Virus record (IMG/VR): IMGVR_UViG_3300021411_000002
Span: 1 to 46,195 of that record
Source: a virus
Lineage: Duplodnaviria; Caudoviricetes
DNA length: 46,195 bases
Strand: one strand, 5' to 3'
Shown one piece after another: positions 18,001 to 26,374 of the stretch; position 1 is the stretch's first letter; every line of letters starts with the position of its first letter. Below the pieces are notes generated by a model. That model saw only the letters and a program-made list of their open reading frames with translations. It was not told where the DNA came from and did not search any database. The translations under genes were made by a program, and so were the position numbers.

Positions 18001-19076
18001 TCGGCCGGTACGAGCACCCAACCATTGCGGACCTGTGGAGTCCGACCAGCATCCTGGACCGGTGGGTGCTAGTCGAAACCGAGGTGCTGCGGGCGCGCGG
18101 GATCGATGAGTCGACGCTGGCGGACCTGATCACACATCGACCGACCCCGCTGCAGGTCGAAACTCGTGAGCGATCCACCAACCACGAGTTCGTGGCGTTC
18201 CTAAAAGAGTGGCGTTTTAACCTATCCGAAGCTGACGTCATCCGTCCGGCCGCCTTGCACGCAGGGCTAACCAGCTCCGACGTGATCGACACGGCGCAGG
18301 CGCTGGCACTGTGCGCCTCGCACGGTCTGGTGATGTTCTTGCTGTACCGGCTTCTGGATACGACCGATCTACGTGGGACGGAGGAAACTGCCCAGATTGG
18401 CCGGACGCACGGTCAGTACGCCGAGCCATACCCAATCTGGCATCCATGGGCGGTACTCACCGGTATGCTCTACCGGCAATCACACCGACTGGAACAGGCT
18501 GAGGACGGGCTTTTGCTAGCCAAGTTGTCTGGCCCGGTCGGGCGTCCCAACTCCGACGCTGTCCTGATCGAAAACAAAGTGTTCCAAAAGCTGGGGTTGC
18601 GCTCCTGCGACAGCACCCAGATCGTGCCGCGGGACGGACTGGCCCATTGGGTCGGTTGCATCGCCGAGCTGGCGACCATCTGTGAAGCAGTCGCGACCCG
18701 GGTCCGGCTGTGGTCCCAGTCCGGCGTGGACGAATACTGGGAAGCGACCCGACCCGATCAGGTCGGGTCGTCAGCCATGCCGCACAAACAGCACAATCCG
18801 ATCCTGTCCGAAAACATCTGCGGACTGGCCCGGATGGTCCGGACCCAAGCGGCGGCGCTGCAGTTGGGCGTGGTGCAGTGGTGGGATCGAGACCTGGCGC
18901 ACTCCAGTGTGGAACGGGTCATGCTGCCGGACCTGTGCCACCTGATCTGCACCATCCTGGTCCGGACCCGGACGCTGGTCGACGGGCTGGAACTGAACGA
19001 AGGCGCGGTGGCCGCCAACCTACAGAAGGCGGAAGCTCGCAAGGAAGCTGTGCTCGACGAGAGGATGGACAAGTGA
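17997..19076 (+). CDS. purB: Adenylosuccinate lyase (phage-encoded, C-terminally short)
   Basis: MIGRY start, HEFVAF, HAGLTSSDVID, GRTHGQYAEP, SSAMPHKQHNP..SENICGLAR, RDLAHSSVER. Confidence 0.9.
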   Translation: MIGRYEHPTIADLWSPTSILDRWVLVETEVLRARGIDESTLADLITHRPTPLQVETRERSTNHEFVAFLKEWRFNLSEADVIRPAALHAGLTSSDVIDTAQALALCASHGLVMFLLYRLLDTTDLRGTEETAQIGRTHGQYAEPYPIWHPWAVLTGMLYRQSHRLEQAEDGLLLAKLSGPVGRPNSDAVLIENKVFQKLGLRSCDSTQIVPRDGLAHWVGCIAELATICEAVATRVRLWSQSGVDEYWEATRPDQVGSSAMPHKQHNPILSENICGLARMVRTQAAALQLGVVQWWDRDLAHSSVERVMLPDLCHLICTILVRTRTLVDGLELNEGAVAANLQKAEARKEAVLDERMDK

Positions 19077-20188
19077 ATCAGCCACTATTGCAGATCGTGG
19101 TGGGCGGCCAGTACGGCTCGGAGGCCAAGGGCCACGTTGCCGCCCAACTGGCCGCCCGGTTGAAAGAGCCGCTGGTGATCCGGACCGGCGGTCCCAACGC
19201 CGGCCACACCGTGGTTGGGCCGGACGGCCGGACCCACAAGCTGCGGCAACTGCCTACCGCTGTGGTGTCCAACCCGGGCGCCCAGCTTGGGATCTCCGCC
19301 GGCTCATTGATCGACTCCGCGGTGTTGAAACGGGAGCTGATCGAGCAGGGGCTGACACCCGAGCGGTTGATCGTTGACCAGGCCGCCACGATCATCGAAC
19401 GGGCCCACAAGGACGCCGAGCAGGGTAACGAGTCGCTGGCGAACTGGTCCACCCAGAAGGGCATCGGCGCGGCCAGAGCCGATCGAATCTGGCGCCGAGC
19501 CCAGACTGTCAACGACTACTACCAGGATCACTTCGAGGGCTGGTTCCAACAGGCGTCGGTGGGCAGTGTCGCCCGCGGCAAACTGGCGATGGGAGAACCA
19601 GTGCTGATCGAAGCAGCCCAGGGTTATGGGCTGGGGCTACACACCCCATACTATCCCAAGACCACCAGCGCGGACTGCACCGCGATCGACGCACTGGCCG
19701 ACGTCGGGCTATCGCCCTGGGCAATCGGGCCGCTGGTTCCGCGCATCTGGGTCGTGCTGCGCCCGTACCCGATCCGAGTAGCCGGTAGCTCCGGTCCGCT
19801 GGTCGGTGAAACCACCTGGGGGGAACTCGGCTTGGAACCGGAGCGCACTACGGTCACCAACAAGATTCGGCGGGTCGGGCGCTGGGACCCCAACCTGGCC
19901 GCGGAGGCGATCTGGGCCAACGGCGGTCCGGCGCCCAACGTGGTGGCCGCGTTGACCATGGCCGATCAGGTAGTGCCGGCCGTGCGCGGGATGACCACGG
20001 TGGACGATCTGCGAACCCTGACCGAGCATGACACCCTCAGGCTGCAGAGATGGGTTGAGCGGGTGCAGACGCTGGGCGCGCAGGTCCGAGCGATCGGTAC
20101 CGGACCGGCGACCATGGTGTTTCTGGACGAGCTGAAGTCGGAAATCCGGATTCCGGCCGACGCGGCGATTCATCGGGGCGGAGAATGA
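19073..20188 (+). CDS. purZ: PurZ0-type N6-succino-2-amino-dAMP synthetase (PurA paralogue)
   Basis: GGQYGSEAKG with Ser at the PurA catalytic Asp; GPNAGHT; RPYPIRVAG; ERTTVTNKIRRVG; TMADQ; GTGP. Confidence 0.9.
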   Translation: MNQPLLQIVVGGQYGSEAKGHVAAQLAARLKEPLVIRTGGPNAGHTVVGPDGRTHKLRQLPTAVVSNPGAQLGISAGSLIDSAVLKRELIEQGLTPERLIVDQAATIIERAHKDAEQGNESLANWSTQKGIGAARADRIWRRAQTVNDYYQDHFEGWFQQASVGSVARGKLAMGEPVLIEAAQGYGLGLHTPYYPKTTSADCTAIDALADVGLSPWAIGPLVPRIWVVLRPYPIRVAGSSGPLVGETTWGELGLEPERTTVTNKIRRVGRWDPNLAAEAIWANGGPAPNVVAALTMADQVVPAVRGMTTVDDLRTLTEHDTLRLQRWVERVQTLGAQVRAIGTGPATMVFLDELKSEIRIPADAAIHRGGE

Positions 20189-20589
20189 ACTACGACGAGG
20201 GCAATGCATTCACCCAGCGGGAAGAGGCTCGTCTGGCCGCACAGACCCTGCGGCTTCGACCCCTCCTTCGGGGCGTCGGACCGGACGCGCCGATCGAGAC
20301 CAACGAACACGGCGCCAGCCAGTCCAGGACGTTGTACGCGTTCACCTCACTGGACCCGCACGCCCTGTTCCGGGTAGCCGCAACCGCGGCATCCGGAGAC
20401 GTCAAGTACGGCGTGGACAACTGGCGCGGGATCTCGGAACGAGACCACATCAACCACGCGCTGACCCACATTTACGCCCATCTGGCCGACGACACCAGCG
20501 ACGATCACCTGGCTCACGCCGCGTGCCGTATGCTGATGGCCCTGGCGATCCAGATACAAGGAGGACCCCGTGCCGGCGAACAGCGGTGA
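20185..20589 (+). CDS. dATP/dGTP diphosphohydrolase (DUF5664-like)
   Basis: GDVKYGVDNWRG...HALTHI...DHLAHAAC; coupled to purZ. Confidence 0.75.
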   Translation: MNYDEGNAFTQREEARLAAQTLRLRPLLRGVGPDAPIETNEHGASQSRTLYAFTSLDPHALFRVAATAASGDVKYGVDNWRGISERDHINHALTHIYAHLADDTSDDHLAHAACRMLMALAIQIQGGPRAGEQR

Positions 20590-20827
20590 AGGGAACGTGG
20601 GTGGGTTTCCGGTCGGAACCAGAATCGAGATCGAGGCGTACGTGGTCCGGCACAACGGCGCGCAAACCACGGTCTGGCTGCCAGGTGTCGGTAAGTCCGG
20701 TACCTGGTCGATACCCAGTTCCACCCTCGCGAGTGGGACGGTGTTGGACCTGCCCGGATCGGTACTCAACGCCATTCTTGCCGAGCAGACCGAGACAAAT
20801 GCGGAGGAGCGCCATGCCCAATCGTGA
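20570..20827 (+). CDS. Hypothetical protein
   Basis: AAGGAGG SD before GTG. Confidence 0.55.
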   Translation: MPANSGEGNVGGFPVGTRIEIEAYVVRHNGAQTTVWLPGVGKSGTWSIPSSTLASGTVLDLPGSVLNAILAEQTETNAEERHAQS

Positions 20828-21170
20828 CCCTGATTCTTTTCCCATCATTCTCGGTGGTCCGGCCACCGATATTAAGACCGTCTCTCTCGCCGCACGGTTG
20901 GCGCTGGGCGGAATCAAGCCGCCCGAGCGATTCGACCCGGCGGCGCTGATCCTGTTCTGTCACCGGGTGGCTGAGGTGGGCGGCTACTTCCGGGAGCGGA
21001 TGGACCGGGGCGTGGCACGGTCCGGGTTCTACTACGAGACCGGCTACGGCTCCCAGGCGGTTCGGGTCCGGTTCAGTGCCGGACCGCCCTGGGAGGTCAA
21101 CCGCGAGACCTACCGCCCCGTACAGGCTGACGCCCTGGTATACGCGCTGGAAACGGAGAACTCGACATGA
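20814..21170 (+). CDS. Hypothetical protein
   Basis: GGAGGAG SD; ATGA overlap with the next gene. Confidence 0.55.
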   Translation: MPNRDPDSFPIILGGPATDIKTVSLAARLALGGIKPPERFDPAALILFCHRVAEVGGYFRERMDRGVARSGFYYETGYGSQAVRVRFSAGPPWEVNRETYRPVQADALVYALETENST

Positions 21171-22081
21171 CCCAGATGTGCTATCTGGCCAGACCGATCG
21201 ATCTGGATGGCGACACCGGCTATGCCGAATGGGTGGCCGATCGGGTGACTGCGGCGATGGGAACGGCCAGTTTGGTGGCCTACAACCCGGCCGAGGCGTT
21301 CTTGGTCCCGTCCGGTGCCCAGCCCAACGGCGAGATCGCGCAGATCAACCAACTGGCACTGAGTCGCTGTCGAGGGGTGATCGCGCTGTTCCCCGAACGC
21401 CCCTCGATCGGAGTCGGTCTGGAACTGCAGATGGCACAGGAACTGAATCTACCGGTCTTGGTGATAACCACCATGCCGGTGATCGAGAAGTCCTGGAGCC
21501 TGGCCGGGCTGAAGGGGGCGCACCTGCTGGCAGTGCCGACCGGCCGAGCCGGGTGGGGTCCGCCCCTCCAACACCAACTGCAGCAGGCCCTGGTCTGGTT
21601 GGCCGATCAGGCTCGGGCGGTCGACCGTTTTGCTTCGAAGCTGGCACCGTTCAAACAGCTCTCGGTACAATTGGACAACGACGACTGCTCGATGATGACC
21701 CGGTCCTATCGGGGGGACGCCGGATTCGATCTGTACACCTCCGAAGAGACCGAGATTCCGTCCGGACAGTTCGTGGATGTCCCCTGCGGAGTCTCGGTAC
21801 AGATGCCGGAGGGCTGTTGGGGGATGATTGTCGGGCGTTCCTCCACCCTGCGCAAACACCGGTTACTGGTGATGTCGGGGGTAATCGACCAGGGCTACCG
21901 CGGTCCGTTGTTCGCTGGGGTGCACAATTTGGGCACCTCCACGTTCGTCGTCAAGGTCGGCTCACGATTGGCTCAGTTGATACCCATCGCGCTGATGGCC
22001 GATCAACTGGTCCAGGTTCGATCCGAGCATCTGGCGCCTTCGGATCGAAACCGCCGCGGTTTCGGCAGTTCAGGCGATTAG
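21167..22081 (+). CDS. dut: Fusion of a DNPH1/NDT-like dNMP N-glycosidase and a trimeric dUTPase
   Basis: N-half YLARPI, YNP, PSIGVGLEL..A..LPV; C-half has all five dUTPase motifs: AGFDL, GRSS, GVIDQGYRG, RLAQL, RNRRGFGSSG. Confidence 0.85.
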   Translation: MTQMCYLARPIDLDGDTGYAEWVADRVTAAMGTASLVAYNPAEAFLVPSGAQPNGEIAQINQLALSRCRGVIALFPERPSIGVGLELQMAQELNLPVLVITTMPVIEKSWSLAGLKGAHLLAVPTGRAGWGPPLQHQLQQALVWLADQARAVDRFASKLAPFKQLSVQLDNDDCSMMTRSYRGDAGFDLYTSEETEIPSGQFVDVPCGVSVQMPEGCWGMIVGRSSTLRKHRLLVMSGVIDQGYRGPLFAGVHNLGTSTFVVKVGSRLAQLIPIALMADQLVQVRSEHLAPSDRNRRGFGSSGD

Positions 22082-22091
22082 AGGGAAACCC

Positions 22092-22724
22092 ATGCCCAAA
22101 ACCCGTAACGCTACCGATCAGCCTCCGGTGCCGCCCGACAAGCACTGTAACGGGCGCAAGACCGATGGGTCCGGAAACCTGTGCCGGATGCCGGCCGGCT
22201 ACCGGACCAGCCATTCTGGTTTCGGGCGCTGTATCCATCACGGTGGCAAGACCGAGGCCGGCACCAAGGCTGCAGTCAAGCAGATGCACCGGGAAGGCTC
22301 GTTCGGCGGGGCCGAGCTGGACATCGACCCGATCGAGGCGCTGCTGGGCGAGGTCCGGCGCACCGCCGGACACGTCGCGTGGCTGCAGGAGCGGATCAGC
22401 CTGTGGCACATGGACACCGACGATGAGATGCCCGCGGTTCAGGCCACCTGGTTGCAGGTGTACCAGTACGAGCGGATGCACCTGGCCCGTACCGCAAAGA
22501 TCGCGATCGATGCCGGCGTGGCTCAACGACAGGTCGCGTTGGCCGAGTCGCAGGGGCAGCTTTTGGCGCAGGCGATCAATCAGATTCTGACCGGATTGAA
22601 TCTGACCAGCGATCAGAAACAGCTCGTGCCGGACCTGGTCCCGCAGGTTTTGCGCGCGATCGCGGTCCGAACTGACTCCGAACCCACTCAGACGCCGATC
22701 CGATGGGAGAATGCCCGTGTCTAG
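22092..22724 (+). CDS. Probable terminase small subunit
   Basis: N-terminal C..C..GFGRCIHHGG motif followed by a helical region; upstream of TerL. Confidence 0.55.
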   Translation: MPKTRNATDQPPVPPDKHCNGRKTDGSGNLCRMPAGYRTSHSGFGRCIHHGGKTEAGTKAAVKQMHREGSFGGAELDIDPIEALLGEVRRTAGHVAWLQERISLWHMDTDDEMPAVQATWLQVYQYERMHLARTAKIAIDAGVAQRQVALAESQGQLLAQAINQILTGLNLTSDQKQLVPDLVPQVLRAIAVRTDSEPTQTPIRWENARV

Positions 22725-22995
22725 TTTGCATCTGGACCATCCGACCCAGGATCTTCGGATCGGTCTGGCACGGGCGGCCTGCGCCCGCCGCGTCCTGGCC
22801 GAGTGGCGCGAGTGCCCCGACCTGTCTTCTGACCAGGCCATGGACCTGCTGCGCGACCTGTTGGAGCACCTGGGGTTGCTGCCGGGGCAAAATCCGGATC
22901 GAATGATCAATATCACCATGTCCATTCGCCGGGGGGGCGAGATCAAGCCCCGAATCGCCAATGTCGGGACCAGTTTCAACCGCAATTACAACTGA
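22711..22995 (+). CDS. Hypothetical protein
   Basis: GGGAG SD; overlaps the previous gene. Confidence 0.45.
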   Translation: MPVSSLHLDHPTQDLRIGLARAACARRVLAEWRECPDLSSDQAMDLLRDLLEHLGLLPGQNPDRMINITMSIRRGGEIKPRIANVGTSFNRNYN

Positions 22996-22997
22996 TC

Positions 22998-23012
22998 TTA
23001 CCTCTGTGGTAA
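22998..23012. promoter_or_regulatory. TTACC-N5-GGTAA operator/promoter (leaderless)
   Basis: TTACC tctgt GGTAAAAT, 6 nt before ATG 23022. Confidence 0.75.
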
Positions 23013-23021
23013 AATGGGGTC

Positions 23022-23213
23022 ATGGGCACTCGTCGCGTGATTCATTACCGGGCTGGTAAATACCGTGCCCGTTTTCACAACGTCTGGTATTGGGTGTTCG
23101 GCCTGTGGACGATCGAAGCAATGGGCTGGTTGATGGTGGCCCTGGTCTGGTTGGCCGTTGCGGTCATCACTCTGGTCCGGACCCACCACAAGAACCAGAG
23201 GACGACCTCGTGA
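23022..23213 (+). CDS. Small membrane protein
   Basis: Hydrophobic; first of a chain of GTGA-coupled ORFs. Confidence 0.5.
   Translation: MGTRRVIHYRAGKYRARFHNVWYWVFGLWTIEAMGWLMVALVWLAVAVITLVRTHHKNQRTTS
23045..23059. promoter_or_regulatory. Second TTACC-N5-GGTAA site, intragenic
   Basis: TTACC gggct GGTAA, 47 bp from the 22998 site. Confidence 0.65.
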
Positions 23214-23317
23214 GCCGGATCAAGGGTGGTGATGCAGGCGATGGCGTGTTCTGCCTGTTGTGGTTGATCGTCCCGTTCGTGGCCATCCTGACGTTCCTGG
23301 AGGCATTGCTGTCGTGA
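23210..23317 (+). CDS. Small membrane protein (35 aa)
   Basis: GAGGA SD; GTGA overlaps at both ends; TM helix. Confidence 0.45.
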   Translation: MSRIKGGDAGDGVFCLLWLIVPFVAILTFLEALLS

Positions 23318-23448
23318 ATTGGCCGATGGTTTGGCTCGGAACCGGAATCGCTGCGGTGTTGGCGGTAGTCGAGCAGCTCGTGCGTGGACTGTACCTGCGG
23401 CGGCTGACCCGTCGGGACCGCACCGCTTGGAGGAGGTTTTACCCGTGA
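23314..23448 (+). CDS. Small membrane protein (44 aa)
   Basis: GGAGG SD; GTGA overlaps. Confidence 0.45.
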   Translation: MNWPMVWLGTGIAAVLAVVEQLVRGLYLRRLTRRDRTAWRRFYP

Positions 23449-23651
23449 CGCTGGTTAAGTATTGCACCCTCGCGTGCGACAGGTGCAATACCTCGTTCCG
23501 CGAGTCCAGTTACGTTACCGCGGTGGTTCGGCGCGCGGCAAAGAAAGCCGGTTGGAAGCGTCTTCCGCGCCCTGCTGGTCCTCGCGGGCAAGGGCTGGAC
23601 CTGTGCCCCGATTGCCAAGCAACACTTCGCAACATACCGAGGGAGAATTAG
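23445..23651 (+). CDS. Small Zn-ribbon protein
   Basis: CDRC...AGW...DLCPDC; GGAGGAGG SD. Confidence 0.6.
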   Translation: MTLVKYCTLACDRCNTSFRESSYVTAVVRRAAKKAGWKRLPRPAGPRGQGLDLCPDCQATLRNIPREN

Positions 23652-23654
23652 TCA

Positions 23655-23888
23655 ATGTTCCGGGTTCAGCACTTCAACTTCGTTGCCATGCCGGCCGAGA
23701 TTCCGCGGTACAACGACCCATCCTCCGGCGGTGTGATGGAGGTTTCGTTCACCTACACGGACGACTCCGGCCGGGTGCAACGGCGGCAGTTTCGGCAAAC
23801 CCGCAAGCCCATGTTGCCGTGGGAAACCGAGCTGGATTGGTTCATTACCGCATTCCGGGATGCACTATCCCGCATACCAAAGGAGTAG
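23655..23888 (+). CDS. Hypothetical protein
   Basis: GAGGGAG SD. Confidence 0.5.
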   Translation: MFRVQHFNFVAMPAEIPRYNDPSSGGVMEVSFTYTDDSGRVQRRQFRQTRKPMLPWETELDWFITAFRDALSRIPKE

Positions 23889-23891
23889 CCT

Positions 23892-24113
23892 GTGACTCCG
23901 TTCGCGTTTTTCCTGTTGTTGGCCGATCGTTGGGGCCGTCAGTCGTTCCTGCGACTGAATCACGACACCAAACAGTGGGAGCGGTTCGTTTCGGAACTCG
24001 GCGGCGGACGCTGGGAACCATTCCTGGGCGTCGACTGGCCCGCGCCCAGCGCAACCATCATGTTCGAGCTGGGCGCGGGCCCGTACGACCGGGCCGGAGC
24101 CGAGCACCCCTGA
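23892..24113 (+). CDS. Hypothetical protein
   Basis: AAGGAG SD. Confidence 0.5.
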   Translation: MTPFAFFLLLADRWGRQSFLRLNHDTKQWERFVSELGGGRWEPFLGVDWPAPSATIMFELGAGPYDRAGAEHP

Positions 24114-24134
24114 TCCCACGATTGAGAGGATGAG

Positions 24135-24302
24135 ATGAACGAGACTGAGATCACGGACCTGGCTTCGGATTTCGCCGCGAAGTTTGGTAACGATTTGCCG
24201 TCCGAGCGGTTCGCGATCATCGGCCCGAAGTCGTATGCCTTGATTGACCCGGACGAGCTGGTCAACTACACGATCCGAGTCATTACGGAGGTGGCCAAAT
24301 GA
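24135..24302 (+). CDS. Hypothetical protein (55 aa; absent from the ORF track)
   Basis: ATG after GAGAGGATGA; MNETEITDLASDFAAKFG... Confidence 0.5.
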   Translation: MNETEITDLASDFAAKFGNDLPSERFAIIGPKSYALIDPDELVNYTIRVITEVAK

Positions 24303-24412
24303 ACGAGACTGGGGTTTGGATATTTCTGGGGTTCGGCGCCTTCTGTTACTGGCGCGGCTACAAGCGCGGTTCAGGCGTGATTCGGTCCACGATTCGAGGC
24401 TGGTTCAAGTGA
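24299..24412 (+). CDS. Small membrane protein (37 aa; absent from the ORF track)
   Basis: GGAGGTG SD; ATGA/GTGA overlaps; MNETGVWIFLGFGAFCYW... Confidence 0.45.
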   Translation: MNETGVWIFLGFGAFCYWRGYKRGSGVIRSTIRGWFK

Positions 24413-24708
24413 CCCCCCTGTATCTGCGGACAGATCGACTACAACCCGGTGACGTGATCATTATGGAGCCGCTCAGCGCTGACCTCCCCCGGTGGGGCGT
24501 ATTCATCGGCCAGATCGTGACCCACCCGGTGTACCCGGAGTTGTCGCTGGTGGTCTGGCGATTGGCCAACGGGACATACAGTTTCGACGCCCTGCCACTC
24601 AAGCAGGAGATTCCTGGCCGGTTGCTACGGCAGACTCCCCAGCAACAGCGTCGCACTCAGTGTTGGGCCCTGGGTCAGCACGGGTTCGATCCGCCGATCG
24701 TTGAGTAG
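24409..24708 (+). CDS. Hypothetical protein
   Basis: GTGA overlap; LQPGDVI SH3-like start. Confidence 0.5.
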   Translation: MTPLYLRTDRLQPGDVIIMEPLSADLPRWGVFIGQIVTHPVYPELSLVVWRLANGTYSFDALPLKQEIPGRLLRQTPQQQRRTQCWALGQHGFDPPIVE

Positions 24709-24733
24709 AGCGGTCGCACACTAAAATAGAAGT

Positions 24734-26374
24734 GTGAAGACAACCGCCCCGGACCCGTTCGAATTGGCAGCGCGCCAGTTTGAGCGGCACGGGGCGGCGA
24801 TTTATTACCACGAGCCGGTCCGGTTCGCGCTGGAGTGTTTCACGTGGAACCGAAATGAAGGGCTGACCTCCTATCAGACCGAGATCCTGGGGGCCCTGGT
24901 CCGGTTGCGCAAGGTGTCGGCCCGTGGACCACACGGCCTGGGCAAGACCGCCTTGATGGCGATCATTGTTCTGTGGTTCTCCTTAACCCGGGATGGGGCC
25001 GGGATTGATTGGAAGATCGTGACCACGGCCGGTGCCTGGCGTCAGCTTGAACGATACTTGTGGCCTGAAATCCACAAATGGGCCAATCGATTGATTGCCG
25101 ATAAAATCGGCCGGCCCGAACTGAATGTCCGGACTGAGTTGTTACGGTTGTTGTTGAAACTACGGTCCGGTGAGGCATTCGCAGCGGCGGCCAGTGACCC
25201 CAAGAAAATCGAAGGCGCACACGCCGATTCGCTGCTGTACATGTTCGACGAATCTAAATCGATCATGGCCGCCACCTTCGACGCAGCCGAGGGTGCGTTC
25301 TCCGGTGCCGATCCCAATGGTGTCGGACTGCCCGAGGCATTCGCGGTTGCCTTCTCCACTCCCGGCGAGCCATCCGGTCGGTTCTATGAAATCCACCAAC
25401 AAAAGATCGGCTATCGAGATTGGTGGGTTCGACACGTGACCTTGGCCGAATGCGTGGCCGCCGGACGGGTGTCGCCGGACTGGGCCGAAGCCAGAAAGCT
25501 GCAATGGGGCGCAGAGTCGGCACTGTATCACAACCGCGTGCTGGGCGAATTCTATTCTTCGGACGAGGATTCGGTCATTCCGTTGGCCTGGGCCGAGGCC
25601 GCGGTCCAGCGTTGGGAAGATTGGGACGATGCCGGTCGCCCCTCCCGATTGGGCGTGCGGGTGACCGGCGTAGATATCGCCCGCGGTGGGGCGGCCCGGA
25701 CGGTGCTGGTGGTCCGGCAGGGTCACGTGGTCGAGTCGGTGACTCCTTTGCTCACTGCCGACACCATGCGGGTGGTGGACCACATCATGGCCGGACGTCA
25801 GACGGTGAACGAAGTTGCGGTGGTGGACGTGCTGGGCGTCGGGGCCGGCGTGGTGGACCGGCTTCGCCAACTACGGGTCGGAGTGATCGGCTTTTCGGCC
25901 GGTCGCCGGACCAAGCGGATGGACCGTTCGGGCGAGCTGGGATTCGTCTCACTGCGCGCCCTGATGTGGTGGACTTTGCGACAGGCATTGGACCCGGCAT
26001 TCGGTCCGACTCTGGCGATCCCGCCGGACTCGGGCCTGTTGGGCGAATTGACTGCTCCGCATTGGTGGGTGGCGCCCGGTAATAAGATCGCGGTGGAATC
26101 CAAAGAAGAGGTTATCAAACGCATCGGTCATTCCACTGACATCGCCGATGCAGTTGGGCACAGTCTGATGGCACACGCGGATTTCGACGAGCCGGTCGAC
26201 CGAGGCGGGATGAAGCCGATACCTTGGGGGGCGCAGTCTGACGATCTGGACGAGAGTTTGGACTGGGGCGCGGATCTACGTATTGCTGATGAGCAATACG
26301 GCCAAGACCTGACTACGTGGAACAGTGGCGATACCACCCTGGAATGGGGCCAACCGCCCGAGGAGCTGATGTGA
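24734..26374 (+). CDS. terL: Terminase large subunit
   Basis: RGPHGLGKT Walker A, MFDES Walker B, FSTP, GVDIARGG nuclease, STDIADA; TAAAAT 6 nt before GTG (leaderless). Confidence 0.92.
   Translation: MKTTAPDPFELAARQFERHGAAIYYHEPVRFALECFTWNRNEGLTSYQTEILGALVRLRKVSARGPHGLGKTALMAIIVLWFSLTRDGAGIDWKIVTTAGAWRQLERYLWPEIHKWANRLIADKIGRPELNVRTELLRLLLKLRSGEAFAAAASDPKKIEGAHADSLLYMFDESKSIMAATFDAAEGAFSGADPNGVGLPEAFAVAFSTPGEPSGRFYEIHQQKIGYRDWWVRHVTLAECVAAGRVSPDWAEARKLQWGAESALYHNRVLGEFYSSDEDSVIPLAWAEAAVQRWEDWDDAGRPSRLGVRVTGVDIARGGAARTVLVVRQGHVVESVTPLLTADTMRVVDHIMAGRQTVNEVAVVDVLGVGAGVVDRLRQLRVGVIGFSAGRRTKRMDRSGELGFVSLRALMWWTLRQALDPAFGPTLAIPPDSGLLGELTAPHWWVAPGNKIAVESKEEVIKRIGHSTDIADAVGHSLMAHADFDEPVDRGGMKPIPWGAQSDDLDESLDWGADLRIADEQYGQDLTTWNSGDTTLEWGQPPEELM

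Noticed and set aside
18710-19072. N-terminal extension of PurZ in the ORF track
   Set aside because: It overlaps purB; the SD and GTGA coupling point to a start at 19073
19073-20188. Ordinary PurA as an auxiliary metabolic gene
   Set aside because: The catalytic Asp of GDEGKG is Ser, and the neighbours are dNTP-pool enzymes and a polymerase, which fits PurZ0
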